Shown here piece by piece: positions 9,910 to 20,127 of a stretch of DNA of 64,000 nucleotides. The notes beneath the pieces were generated by a model that had not been told where the DNA came from, did no database searches, and was given only the letters and a program-made list of their open reading frames with translations. Position 1 is the first letter of the stretch; each line of letters begins with the position of its first letter. This DNA is from Bacteroidota bacterium (GTDB lineage: Bacteria; Bacteroidota; Bacteroidia; Bacteroidales; JAAAOM01): positions 682 through 64,681 of the forward strand of contig JAAAOM010000012.1 of assembly GCA_009908855.1 (NCBI GenBank), given 5' to 3'. A program made the position numbers and the translations under genes.

Positions 9910-11007
9910 TCAATCGTCGCCGGACGCCCGAATTCCATTAAAAAGGCTTTAATGAAATCATTCAACTCACCATCCATAACAGCCTGCACATTGCCTGTTT
10001 CAAAATTGGTTCGCAGGTCTTTTACCATTTTATAAGGATGCATTACATAACTCCGAATCTGTGATCCCCATTCAATTTTCTTTTTTTGACCTTCAATTGC
10101 AGCCTCTTTTTCCTTTCGGTCTCTCAGCTCCAATTCATACAATTGCGATTTTAAATGCCGCATGGCATTTTCCTTGTTCTTGGTTTGTGAGCGTGATTCC
10201 TGGTTTTCAATAACAATGCCGGTGGGTGCATGTCGCAGTCGAACGGCGGTTTCTACCTTATTCACATGTTGACCACCCGCACCGCTTGAACGAAATGTTT
10301 CCCAGGTTATATCAGCAGGATTTACTTCTATCTCAATATCATCATCAACTACAGGTGATACAAAAACCGATGCAAAGGAAGTATGACGACGGGCATTGGA
10401 ATCGAATGGTGAAATACGCACCAATCGATGTACACCATTTTCACTTTTTAAGGAACCATACGCAAAATCGCCATCAAACTGCAATGTTACGGTTTTAACC
10501 CCCGCTTCATCGCCGGACTGATAGTATAATTCTTTAACTTTATAATTGTTTTTTTCGCCCCAGCGAATATACATGCGCATGAGCATATCGGTCCAGTCCA
10601 TACTTTCAGTACCACCGGCCCCGGCATTTATTTTGAGAATGGCAGCCAGTTTGTCCTCCTCCTCACTCATCATGTTTTTGAATTCCAGGTCCTCCACAAT
10701 GGGTATTAATCGATTCCATTGCTCATCCACCTCTTCCTCAGTGGCTTCTCCTTCCTCATGGAACTCGATAAGCACTTTCAAATCTTCAATGGCCGTGTCT
10801 ACCTCATCGAATGACTGAACCCATTGTTTTAAATCGGAAATTTCTTTCAGCTTTTTCTCCGCTTCCTTTGGATCATCCCAGAAATCGGGGGCTTGTGATT
10901 TTTCTTCTTTCTCTTCGATCGACATTTTTTTCCGATCGATGTCAAAGATGCCTCCTTAACGCATCCCGGCGCTCAATAATATCTTTCAATTGTTCGTTGG
11001 TAATCAT
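9906..11007 (-). CDS. prfB: Peptide chain release factor 2, +1 programmed frameshift
   Basis: GGQ and SPF motifs; upstream ORF MITNEQLKDIIERRDALRRHL ends at CTT TGA C and continues in the +1 frame as DIDRKKMSIEEK. Confidence 0.97.
10941..10956 (-). promoter_or_regulatory. prfB frameshift signal (internal SD plus slippery site)
   Basis: Minus strand reads AGGAGG-CAT-CTTTGAC. Confidence 0.95.
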
Positions 11008-11052
11008 ATAAAAATGTGTTTGGTCGGCAAAAATAGCAAATTATTTATGTTG

Positions 11053-11529
11053 TTAAAAAGTGGAGGAGTGTTGATCAATAAATCGTTGGGTTATTTCAAA
11101 TTCATATCCACGCGATTGGGCAAAGCGAAATAATTTGCCTTCCTTTTTAAATAGATCCGATTCGTCAAGTTGTTCCCATTTCCTGGTAAGTTCCTGCCAA
11201 ATAATTGATTCGTATTCATCGTGCTTAATTCCCGACAGGGCTGTTTCAATATCTTGTTCACCAATATTTTTCGCCGTTAAATGAGCCCTGATTTTAATTT
11301 TTCCCCAACTATTGAATTTATACTTATCGTTGGCAAATGCTCTGGCAAAACGGCGGTTATCAATGAAGTTATGACGGCGCAAATGAACCAGTATTTCTTC
11401 CAGCTCATCAGGCAATAGTTCATAATTTTTTAATTTAGCAGATATGTCCATTTCACAATACTCCCTGCCTGCACAAATATGTTCAGCCCTGGCCAAAGCC
11501 CGCAGGTATGTATCTTTTTTAGCAACCAT
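11053..11529 (-). CDS. recX: Regulatory protein RecX
   Basis: FIDNRRFARAF, WGKIKI..L..K, FAQSRGY. Confidence 0.9.
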   Translation of the reverse strand: MVAKKDTYLRALARAEHICAGREYCEMDISAKLKNYELLPDELEEILVHLRRHNFIDNRRFARAFANDKYKFNSWGKIKIRAHLTAKNIGEQDIETALSGIKHDEYESIIWQELTRKWEQLDESDLFKKEGKLFRFAQSRGYEFEITQRFIDQHSSTF

Positions 11530-12394
11530 ATTGTGCGGTTAATATGCGGGGTTTCTGTTGCATATCTTTTAAATAATTAATATGGTTATATCCGAGTTCC
11601 AAAAAGATATCACAAATTTCCATGTAATGAAATTCATTCAGTTCCAGTAATACACTGCCACCATTTATAAGGATCAGTTTACCCAGCCGGGCGATTTTTT
11701 TGTAAAACAGAAATTGTGAATCATCGGGCACAAACAAGGCAATATGCGGCTCATAATCGATAACCTGTGGTTTCATGAATGATTTTTCAGCATCCGGGAT
11801 ATAAGGCGGGTTACTAATGATACAGTCATAAGTTCTGTCCAATAAGTATTCACCGGGATTCATAATGTTGTCAACAGTAAATTCGATATCAAGCTGATTG
11901 ATCGCTGCGTTTTCTTTGGCAACAGCCAAAGCTGAAGCCGACACATCAATGGCATGAACATACGCCCGGGGTAAATTCTTTTTTATGGCCAGTGCAATAC
12001 AACCACTGCCTGTGCCAATATCTAATATCTCCAACGGCTCCTGGTTGTCTTTATGTTGTTTGATAAATTCCATAACAAGCTCCTCAGTTTCAGGCCTGGG
12101 TATCAAAACATGTTCGTTCACTTTAAGTTTTAGATCCAGGAAATAAGTATATCCCATAATATATTGTATGGGCTTTCCGGATTTTAATTCATCCATTAAA
12201 TAATTAAGCCTGTTATATTCATCCTGCGTAATGGTTTTTTCTTTATTAAGTGTAATTTTGAAATAGGAAGACCTGAAAACATATTCGGCCATGAGTGGAA
12301 CAAGGGATTCTATCTCCGAATCAGGGTAAACAGATTGAAGGGATTGTTTGAATAATTGTATTGATTCGTGTATTTTAACAAATTTCTTTTGCAT
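11519..12394 (-). CDS. prmC: Release factor glutamine methyltransferase (start probably ATG 12394 rather than 12577)
   Basis: PIQYIMG, VLIPRPETEELV, LDIGTGSGCIA, SNPPY. Confidence 0.93.
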   Translation of the reverse strand: MQKKFVKIHESIQLFKQSLQSVYPDSEIESLVPLMAEYVFRSSYFKITLNKEKTITQDEYNRLNYLMDELKSGKPIQYIMGYTYFLDLKLKVNEHVLIPRPETEELVMEFIKQHKDNQEPLEILDIGTGSGCIALAIKKNLPRAYVHAIDVSASALAVAKENAAINQLDIEFTVDNIMNPGEYLLDRTYDCIISNPPYIPDAEKSFMKPQVIDYEPHIALFVPDDSQFLFYKKIARLGKLILINGGSVLLELNEFHYMEICDIFLELGYNHINYLKDMQQKPRILTAQYGC

Positions 12395-12412
12395 GGCCCA
12401 AAAATAGATAAA

Positions 12413-13474
12413 ATGGCGATTTCTGTAAATACAGACGAATGGTTTATGCAACGATGCATTGAACTGGCCAATATGGGCAAAGGCAATACATCCCCCAATC
12501 CGATGGTAGGATGTGTGATTGTACATAACCAGGAAATAATCGGTGAGGGCTTTCATAGAGATTACGGTGGCCCGCATGCGGAGGTAAATGCAATAAATTC
12601 GGTAAAAAACCAGGCACTATTAAAAAATTCAACGCTTTATGTCAATTTAGAGCCCTGTTCACATCATGGCAACACACCACCCTGTTCCGATCTGATTATT
12701 AACAAAAAAATCCCCAGGGTTGTAATTGGCATTCAGGACCCGAATAAAAAAGTATCGGGGGCCGGCATCAAACGGCTGCAAAAAGCAGGTATAGAAGTAA
12801 AGGTTAATGTGCTGAAAGAAACCTGCCTGCAGTTAAACAAACGATTCCTCACCTACCACCGGTTAGCACGCCCTTTTGTTGTTTTAAAATGGGCCCAGAC
12901 ACGGGATGGATTTATTGACGTTGAACGAGACTCGCTCGCACCCAATAAACCAACCTGGATATCCAACGAAATATCGCGTACACTGGTACATAAATGGCGA
13001 ACCGAAGAGCAATCGATTATGGTTGGAACCCATACAGCCCAAAAAGACAATCCTTCACTCACCATTCGCGACTGGCATGGTAAGCAACCCTTACGTATTG
13101 TACTGGACCGCACCTTACGCCTTACCAATGACCTGGTTTTATTCGACCAGTTATATCCCACCTGGGTTTATAATGAAATAAAAGATAACCAAGTCCGTAA
13201 TATTTCGTATAGAAAAATAGCATTTGATGATACCCTGGTAGCCAGTTTATTGTCTGACCTCTATAAACAAAACTATATATCGGTATTTGTGGAAGGTGGT
13301 TATCAATTGCTAAAAAGTTTTATCGATGCCGATTGCTGGGATGAAGCGCGGGTATTTATCGGTAAAAATTTTTTCCATCAAGGCGTTAAAGCGCCAAATA
13401 TTAATTTCGGTTTTGTAAAAGAAACAAAATTCGATGAGGATACTTTATTTATTATTAAAAATTATACGTTCTGA
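12413..13474 (+). CDS. ribD: Riboflavin biosynthesis bifunctional deaminase/reductase
   Basis: PNPMVGCV, HAE, LEPCSHHGNTPPC, VEGG; ATG 12413 preferred as start. Confidence 0.95.
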   Translation: MAISVNTDEWFMQRCIELANMGKGNTSPNPMVGCVIVHNQEIIGEGFHRDYGGPHAEVNAINSVKNQALLKNSTLYVNLEPCSHHGNTPPCSDLIINKKIPRVVIGIQDPNKKVSGAGIKRLQKAGIEVKVNVLKETCLQLNKRFLTYHRLARPFVVLKWAQTRDGFIDVERDSLAPNKPTWISNEISRTLVHKWRTEEQSIMVGTHTAQKDNPSLTIRDWHGKQPLRIVLDRTLRLTNDLVLFDQLYPTWVYNEIKDNQVRNISYRKIAFDDTLVASLLSDLYKQNYISVFVEGGYQLLKSFIDADCWDEARVFIGKNFFHQGVKAPNINFGFVKETKFDEDTLFIIKNYTF

Positions 13475-13581
13475 TTTTTTTTATAAAATGTATGCACCAT
13501 ATGATGAATGACTTTGTGAACATTCGCTAATTTGCTATTTTTAACGATCTTAAATGTTGTCATTTAACACAACCATTAACT

Positions 13582-15924
13582 ATGAAACACCTATCATTAC
13601 TAATTGTATTTACCGCAATGTTCGGTATAGGGCTAAAATCACAAAAGGCCAAAGACTATTATAAAACTGCACAGGATTTTATTGAAGCACAACGTTTTGA
13701 GGATGCCATAGCGCAATATAGCAAGGCCGTTGAGCTGGAACCGGATTATGTGGATGCCTATATAGAAAGGGCGCAGATGTACAAACGCCTGGGCGATTAT
13801 AAAAGCGCTGTAGATGACTACGAACGTGCCATTACCTTCGACGATAACGAAGAAGAATTTTACTATTGGGCGGCAGAAGCGCATTACCAACTAGGCAATT
13901 ATGATAAAGCACTGGTTCACGTTAAAAAATGTATTGAAGAAAAATCAAGATACCTGGAAGCCTATATTCTGCAGACAAAAATACATGTCGAGCAAAATGA
14001 CTACAACAAAGCCCTGGATGCAGCCAATGAAGCTGTAGACCTGAGAAAAAACGAACAAACATTATACCAGCGCGGCCTGGTTTATGAGTTGTTGGACAAA
14101 ACCATTGAAGCGCAAGCAGACTTTGATGATGCCATATCTAAATACAATGACTATTTACCCGCCCATATTGCCATGTCCCGAATAAATCTGAAAATGGACA
14201 ATACCACCAAAGCATTACATCATGCTGATAAGGCGGTTGAATTAGGCCCGAAAAGTACGGCAGCTTTTGAAGCCAGAAGCGCTGTTAATGCTGAAAACCT
14301 GCAATATGCCGCTGCAATTGATGACATATCCAAAAATATTTTACTTGATAAAAACAATGACAAATGGTATATGGTACGTGGTCAGTATTACATGGATTTT
14401 GCACAATACATGAACGCCATAAACGATTTTACCAAAGCCATAAATATTGACAAAAAAAACGCAAATGCCTACTATAAAAGGGCTTATGCCTATGAACAAA
14501 TTCAAAATTTCGAAAAGGCAATCAGCGATTATGAAAAACTCACCGCATTATCAGAATACGATGCCAAGGCAAGAAAACTATTAGATCAGGCCAATAAACG
14601 ATTATTTGAACTCAATCGCGAAACCAACAGCCCTGAAATATTGGTTGAGAACACTACCCCCAATTCAAACAGCAACATAAATGTACCAAAAAACAAAGAA
14701 GAGCTGACATTACGGGGCAATATTAAAGATGAAAGCGAATTGAAAACATTGACCATTAATGATCGGGAAATTCAGTTTATTAAAAAAGATGACCACTACG
14801 AATTTGTGGATGATGTGGATATTGACGACACCAATATGGTTAGTATAACGGCGATTGATGTTTACGATAATGTACAAAATTTAACAGTGAATTTAATTCG
14901 TACCGAGATTGATGCCCCTGAAGTTGCTATTTTGGCCCCCATTGCATCCGACAATGGGGAAATATACCTGGACCATGATTCACCAAGTCTTTATGTAGAA
15001 GGCAAAATCAAGGACGAAAGCGCCATCACTTCTATTTTAGTAAATGGCGTATCAGCCAGCTACCGGATGGATGAAGTGAATCCTAAATTTTCCGCCAATA
15101 TCGACATCATGAACAAAAACAAATTTACCGTAAAAGTGGTGGATCGATATGGCAATGAAAAAGTAAAGGACTTTTACCTGAACCGTGAAGCCATTGCACT
15201 ATCTGAAAATAATCCGATGGGAAAAACATGGGTGGTATTTATCGAAAATTCCAATTATTCATCATTCGCCAGCCTGGAAGGACCGGGAAAAGACGTATCG
15301 CTAATGAGAGGATCGCTGGCAGGATATAAAATCCATAACATCATCCATAAAAAAGACATGACAAAGAAAGAAATGGAACGCTTTTTCAGTATTGAATTGC
15401 GTGATTTGGTTAAAAGCAACCAAGTAAATTCGCTCATGGTGTGGTATGCCGGCCATGGTAAATTTATCAACGAAACAGGTTATTGGATACCTGTTGATGC
15501 CAAACGGGATGATGAATTCACCTATTTTAATATCAATGCATTGCGCGCTTCTATGCAGGCTTATTCAAATCAAATAACGCATACACTGGTAATTACCGAT
15601 GCCTGTGAATCGGGCCCCACATTTTATCAGGCCATGCGCAGCGAAATGAAAGAAAGAAGCTGCAACGACTGGGAAGCTACCAAGTTTAAATCGGCCCAGG
15701 TATTTTCTTCAGCCGGTTATGAATTGGCCGTAGATAATTCACAATTTACCCGTACATTCTCGAATGTATTGGACAATAATCCGAATTCATGTATACCCAT
15801 TGAAAATATTGTGGAAAAAGTATCAACCGCGGTGGCAAAAAATAATCAGCAAAAGCCTAAATTTGGTAAAATAGCAGGACTGGAAGACGAGAATGGTACT
15901 TTCTTCTTTATGTCAAAAGACTAA
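13582..15924 (+). CDS. Exported TPR-repeat protein with two Ig-like repeats and C-terminal caspase-like (peptidase C14) domain
   Basis: Signal peptide; many TPR units; duplicated G(N/K)IKDES repeat; YAGHG and DACES His/Cys dyad. Confidence 0.85.
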   Translation: MKHLSLLIVFTAMFGIGLKSQKAKDYYKTAQDFIEAQRFEDAIAQYSKAVELEPDYVDAYIERAQMYKRLGDYKSAVDDYERAITFDDNEEEFYYWAAEAHYQLGNYDKALVHVKKCIEEKSRYLEAYILQTKIHVEQNDYNKALDAANEAVDLRKNEQTLYQRGLVYELLDKTIEAQADFDDAISKYNDYLPAHIAMSRINLKMDNTTKALHHADKAVELGPKSTAAFEARSAVNAENLQYAAAIDDISKNILLDKNNDKWYMVRGQYYMDFAQYMNAINDFTKAINIDKKNANAYYKRAYAYEQIQNFEKAISDYEKLTALSEYDAKARKLLDQANKRLFELNRETNSPEILVENTTPNSNSNINVPKNKEELTLRGNIKDESELKTLTINDREIQFIKKDDHYEFVDDVDIDDTNMVSITAIDVYDNVQNLTVNLIRTEIDAPEVAILAPIASDNGEIYLDHDSPSLYVEGKIKDESAITSILVNGVSASYRMDEVNPKFSANIDIMNKNKFTVKVVDRYGNEKVKDFYLNREAIALSENNPMGKTWVVFIENSNYSSFASLEGPGKDVSLMRGSLAGYKIHNIIHKKDMTKKEMERFFSIELRDLVKSNQVNSLMVWYAGHGKFINETGYWIPVDAKRDDEFTYFNINALRASMQAYSNQITHTLVITDACESGPTFYQAMRSEMKERSCNDWEATKFKSAQVFSSAGYELAVDNSQFTRTFSNVLDNNPNSCIPIENIVEKVSTAVAKNNQQKPKFGKIAGLEDENGTFFFMSKD

Positions 15925-18900
15925 ATGGCCAATAAACCCATAACCAATAAAATCATCTGCCGATTTGTAACGGTATATCTTGTTGCACCATGGTTGTTGT
16001 TACAATCGCTGTTGGCACAGCAATATTATTTCGATAATTACAGTGTACAGCACGATATAAGTTCCGAAATATTTACCATTTTAAAAGACCGTCAGGATTT
16101 TATCTGGTTGGGTACCCCCGATGGTTTAACACGCTTCGACGGTTTTGACTTTCAGCATTTTAACGCCGAGGATGACGGATTAGCCCCGGGCTCCGTCAAA
16201 ACGCTTATACAAGACTCAAAAGGTATAATATGGGCAGGCCATTACGGAGGAAACATAACCAAATATGATGGCCGTAATTTTTACTCCATTTCAACACCTG
16301 CCACTGAAGTTAACCAGGATATCTGGTCACTGGCTGAAGGCAGGGATGGCAGCATCTGGATCGGAACAATGGGATCAGGTGTTATGCATTTGGTTAATCC
16401 GGATGACAATACAGACGACCTTGATTTTATTGTTTATAAAGGCGGTAAAGTAGGTGATCTGGTTCCCAATATTTCCCTGGTTAATGACACCATGTTTTTT
16501 CTGACAACTTTCGGGATCAGAACATTCGACCCCGCAACCGAAACATTCATTCCACACAATGTTCAGGGCATAAATTACGCCCATAAATATGCCATGATCG
16601 GTGATCATGAAGGAAACCATTGGTATGGCACCATGAATGACGGTTTGCTGAAATATAACCCACAAACCAGAGAGCTGACAGGATTTGATATTAAAGATGG
16701 CCTGGTTACCAACGCCATATATAACATTATGGAGGACAGCCAGGGCAACATCTGGACCATAAATATGACACCTCAATATGACCATGGCGGGGTAACCAAA
16801 ATCAGTAAAGATGAAATAATTGGATTTGATTCCCGAAACGGACTGCCTTCCAACATGCTACACACCCTGGAAGAAGACCGGGAAGGTAATATATTAATCG
16901 GAACCAAAAGGAACGGATTATTCATTTTTAAAGGTGAACAATTTATAACCATCCCCAAACAAAATCCTGATTTACAAATACCGGGATTATCCGATGCACA
17001 GGTTTTTGATATTACACAGGATCATAGAGATCGATATTGGTTTGCCACAGATAATGGAATCACCATATATCATTCCGAAGCTCCAAAAGGTGAACAGTAT
17101 TTTCATTTAACCCCCTCCAGTCATGGAATACATAAAAGTGTCCGAAATTTAAAGATGGATGACCAGTCCAATATTTGGATAGGGACTGAAGGTGGTGGTG
17201 TATACCGGTTTATAAGCGCTACGGGCGAAATGCAAGTTTCCAGTATTCTTACCCCCATGAAATATAATCGGGACAACGTAGTTACGGCAATGGATATTGA
17301 TGGTAACAACAATTTATGGGTGGGCACCCATGATGGCATTGCTTTTTATTCATCCCAAAAACAGTCGGATGAGCGGATAAGCCAGCTTCATGGCTTATCC
17401 GGTAATGATATATCAGCTATTTATGTTGCCAAAGATCAAACCATTTGGGTGGGCTGTCTGAAAGAAGGCATTTGTATTTCTGGCGATTTAAAAAAATTTA
17501 CTGCGTTGGACTTTCTTTCCGAGAGTACAGTTAACTGTTTTTTACAAGCAACGGATAACGAAATTTGGGTTGGCACAACCAATGGCCTGTATAAAGTTAA
17601 TAAAGACACCATAGTTGCTCGATATACTACTGATGATGGCCTGTTGAACAATACTATTAACCTGCTGAACAAAGATGAAGATGGGCATATATATATAGGT
17701 ACTACTTTCGGGCTCAATCGCTATGATCCCGGGAAAAAACGCTTTTTCACCTATACAGAAAAAAACGGCTTTATAGGCCGTGAAACCAAACCCAATGCCA
17801 CCCATCTCGATCATAAAGGTAATATTTGGTTTGGTACAGCCAACGGTGCAACACGTTTTAATCCGGCGTTAACACCCGATACGTTTCCACAGCCCATTAT
17901 ATATTTAACACAAACTTTGATTAACCAGGAAGTGCAGAACCTTTTTAATGGAAAAAAACTCAGACATAACGAAGACAATTTAACTTTTAACTATACCTCA
18001 ATAAACTTAACCAATCCGGATGCGGTGCGCTTCTCATTCATGCTTGAAGGGTTGAATGATGAATGGCAAAAGCCCACTACCGAGCGAATAGCAAAATACC
18101 AGGCATTGAGTCCCGGAAAATACACCTTTATGGTACGAGCCAGGAATCATTATGGTGTTTGGAGTGATCCTGAAAGTGTATCATTCACCATAAAACCACC
18201 CTTTTACCAAACCTGGTGGTTCATTTTAATATGTGCTGTTATAGGAGTATCTGCAGTGTACACCTACATTAAAATAAGAGAACGAAACCTGATCCGTGAG
18301 AAAAGAATACTGGAAGACCGTGTAAAAGAGCGCACCATAGAATTGTCTAATGCCAATGCAGAGTTGGCCATGAAGAACAAGGATATCACCGATAGTATTC
18401 ATTATGCGCGAAGGATACAATTTGCCATTCTACCGCCGGAGATTCCTTATGAAGATACATTTGTACTTTTTAAACCCAAAGATATTGTAAGCGGAGATTT
18501 TTACTGGATCAATAACCGCGATGAGAAGGAATTTATTGCCGCCGTAGATTGCACCGGTCATGGTGTTCCGGGCGCTTTTATGTCATTTATAGGCTATACA
18601 TCACTCAATAAAATCATCCTGGAAAAAGGCATTACACAACCTGCCGAAGTGCTCGATCAGTTAAACAACGAAGTAGTTCACGCCCTGCATCAACAAGGAG
18701 ACGACAACCAGGTGAAAGATGGCATGGATATGTCGCTTATATGTTACGATAAGAAAAACAACACCCTGCAATTTGCCGGCGCTTACAATGGTATTTATCT
18801 CATCAGAAATAATGAATTTATCGAATATAAAGGCGATCGGTTCGCTATCGGACGCAGTGTGGCCGAAAAAGTGAAAGACTTTACGCATCATCACATCGAA

Positions 18901-19125
18901 TTGCAACCGGGAGATGTGATCTATCAATATTCTGATGGTTATCCCGATCAGTTTGGCGGACCGGAAGGTAAAAAATTTCGCGCCAAACCCTTCAAAAAAT
19001 TGTTATTGGATATCCACCAAAAACCCTTTCAGGAACAACGTAAAATACTGGATAAAACCATTGAAGAATGGCGCGGAAAGGAAGAACAGATCGACGATAT
19101 ACTCGTTATCGGACGTAAATTCTGA
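15925..19125 (+). CDS. Reg_prop beta-propeller + Y_Y_Y + TM + SpoIIE/PP2C phosphatase membrane sensor
   Basis: Repeated D..G.IW.GT..GL units, LSPGKYTFMVRARN, PPFYQTWWF, DIVSGDFYW, DCTGHGVPGA, SDGYPDQFGG, IDDI. Confidence 0.92.
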   Translation: MANKPITNKIICRFVTVYLVAPWLLLQSLLAQQYYFDNYSVQHDISSEIFTILKDRQDFIWLGTPDGLTRFDGFDFQHFNAEDDGLAPGSVKTLIQDSKGIIWAGHYGGNITKYDGRNFYSISTPATEVNQDIWSLAEGRDGSIWIGTMGSGVMHLVNPDDNTDDLDFIVYKGGKVGDLVPNISLVNDTMFFLTTFGIRTFDPATETFIPHNVQGINYAHKYAMIGDHEGNHWYGTMNDGLLKYNPQTRELTGFDIKDGLVTNAIYNIMEDSQGNIWTINMTPQYDHGGVTKISKDEIIGFDSRNGLPSNMLHTLEEDREGNILIGTKRNGLFIFKGEQFITIPKQNPDLQIPGLSDAQVFDITQDHRDRYWFATDNGITIYHSEAPKGEQYFHLTPSSHGIHKSVRNLKMDDQSNIWIGTEGGGVYRFISATGEMQVSSILTPMKYNRDNVVTAMDIDGNNNLWVGTHDGIAFYSSQKQSDERISQLHGLSGNDISAIYVAKDQTIWVGCLKEGICISGDLKKFTALDFLSESTVNCFLQATDNEIWVGTTNGLYKVNKDTIVARYTTDDGLLNNTINLLNKDEDGHIYIGTTFGLNRYDPGKKRFFTYTEKNGFIGRETKPNATHLDHKGNIWFGTANGATRFNPALTPDTFPQPIIYLTQTLINQEVQNLFNGKKLRHNEDNLTFNYTSINLTNPDAVRFSFMLEGLNDEWQKPTTERIAKYQALSPGKYTFMVRARNHYGVWSDPESVSFTIKPPFYQTWWFILICAVIGVSAVYTYIKIRERNLIREKRILEDRVKERTIELSNANAELAMKNKDITDSIHYARRIQFAILPPEIPYEDTFVLFKPKDIVSGDFYWINNRDEKEFIAAVDCTGHGVPGAFMSFIGYTSLNKIILEKGITQPAEVLDQLNNEVVHALHQQGDDNQVKDGMDMSLICYDKKNNTLQFAGAYNGIYLIRNNEFIEYKGDRFAIGRSVAEKVKDFTHHHIELQPGDVIYQYSDGYPDQFGGPEGKKFRAKPFKKLLLDIHQKPFQEQRKILDKTIEEWRGKEEQIDDILVIGRKF

Positions 19126-19197
19126 TCCAAAATATTATATTTACTTCGCAACTAATTACGTACTTTTATAAAGCAAATATCAAAAACCGCAAAGCTT

Positions 19198-19923
19198 ATG
19201 AAGTGCATATTTTCGTTACTCACCCTTTTATTTATCGGTATGTCGGTAATTGGCCAGCAAATTGAAAAGGACGAAATTGTCCGTACCATCGAAGTTACAG
19301 GCAGTGCCGAAATGAATGTAGACCCTGATATTATTAAATTTACCATTGTAATTCAGGAATACTGGGAAGAAGAATTTCAACCCAACAAAGAATACAAGGA
19401 TTACAAAACTAAAGTGCCCATTTCGGGTATTGAGAATCAACTACTCAATACGCTTTACGAGATAGGGTTTGAAAAAGAGGACATTGTCCTTAAAGAATTA
19501 GGGAATTATTGGCGGCATCATGGAAAAGAATTTCTGATACGCAAAGAAATTGAAATTAACATTGACCATTTCGATCAAATGCAGGTCATTGCCAATAAAA
19601 TCGACCCAAAAGGTATTCAGGGAATGCGCATCAGTGAAGTTAACCATACAGAAATCGGAAAATATCGAAACCAGATAAAAAAAGAGGCATTATTGGCGGC
19701 CAGGGAAAAAGCCGGATATCTGACAGAAAGCATAGGAGAAGAATTGGGACGCATTATCACAATACAGGAGATCAGTGACGCTTCATTCCCCACCCGGCAG
19801 CGTTCAGAAACCTATAGCAACATGATGCTTAAATCAGCCGGACAAGACCAGCAACAGGTTGAAAACTTCAGGAAACTGGAATTAAGATACGAAATAAGAG
19901 CCGTGTTTGAAATAAAAGAATAA
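19198..19923 (+). CDS. SIMPL (DUF541) domain periplasmic protein
   Basis: RTIEVTGSAEMNVDPD, ALLAAREKA..L...G..LG. Confidence 0.8.
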   Translation: MKCIFSLLTLLFIGMSVIGQQIEKDEIVRTIEVTGSAEMNVDPDIIKFTIVIQEYWEEEFQPNKEYKDYKTKVPISGIENQLLNTLYEIGFEKEDIVLKELGNYWRHHGKEFLIRKEIEINIDHFDQMQVIANKIDPKGIQGMRISEVNHTEIGKYRNQIKKEALLAAREKAGYLTESIGEELGRIITIQEISDASFPTRQRSETYSNMMLKSAGQDQQQVENFRKLELRYEIRAVFEIKE

Positions 19924-20127
19924 CTTTAGTGCAATCCGACATCCTGAAATTACATAGAATTAAGGACCATTTATCTAAATTGGCAATTATTGACATATCA
20001 TCCTGGTAATGCTATAATTACCTCATGATGGTTATTAGCTTATTGTAAAATACCCATACTGAAATTTGCATATTCAGGCGTTAACTTTTGGTTATCTCAG
20101 TTGTTCTATTTACAAAGACTGTTTTAT

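Noticed and set aside
12395-12577. N-terminal extension of prmC to 352 aa
   Set aside because: Would overlap the conserved ribD N-terminus antisense; PrmC similarity begins after 12394
13582-15924. TPR-caspase as a CRISPR-associated (Craspase/TPR-CHAT) or CBASS/Avs effector
   Set aside because: It has a signal peptide and a C14-type rather than CHAT-type motif pattern, and no cas, cyclase or STAND genes are nearby
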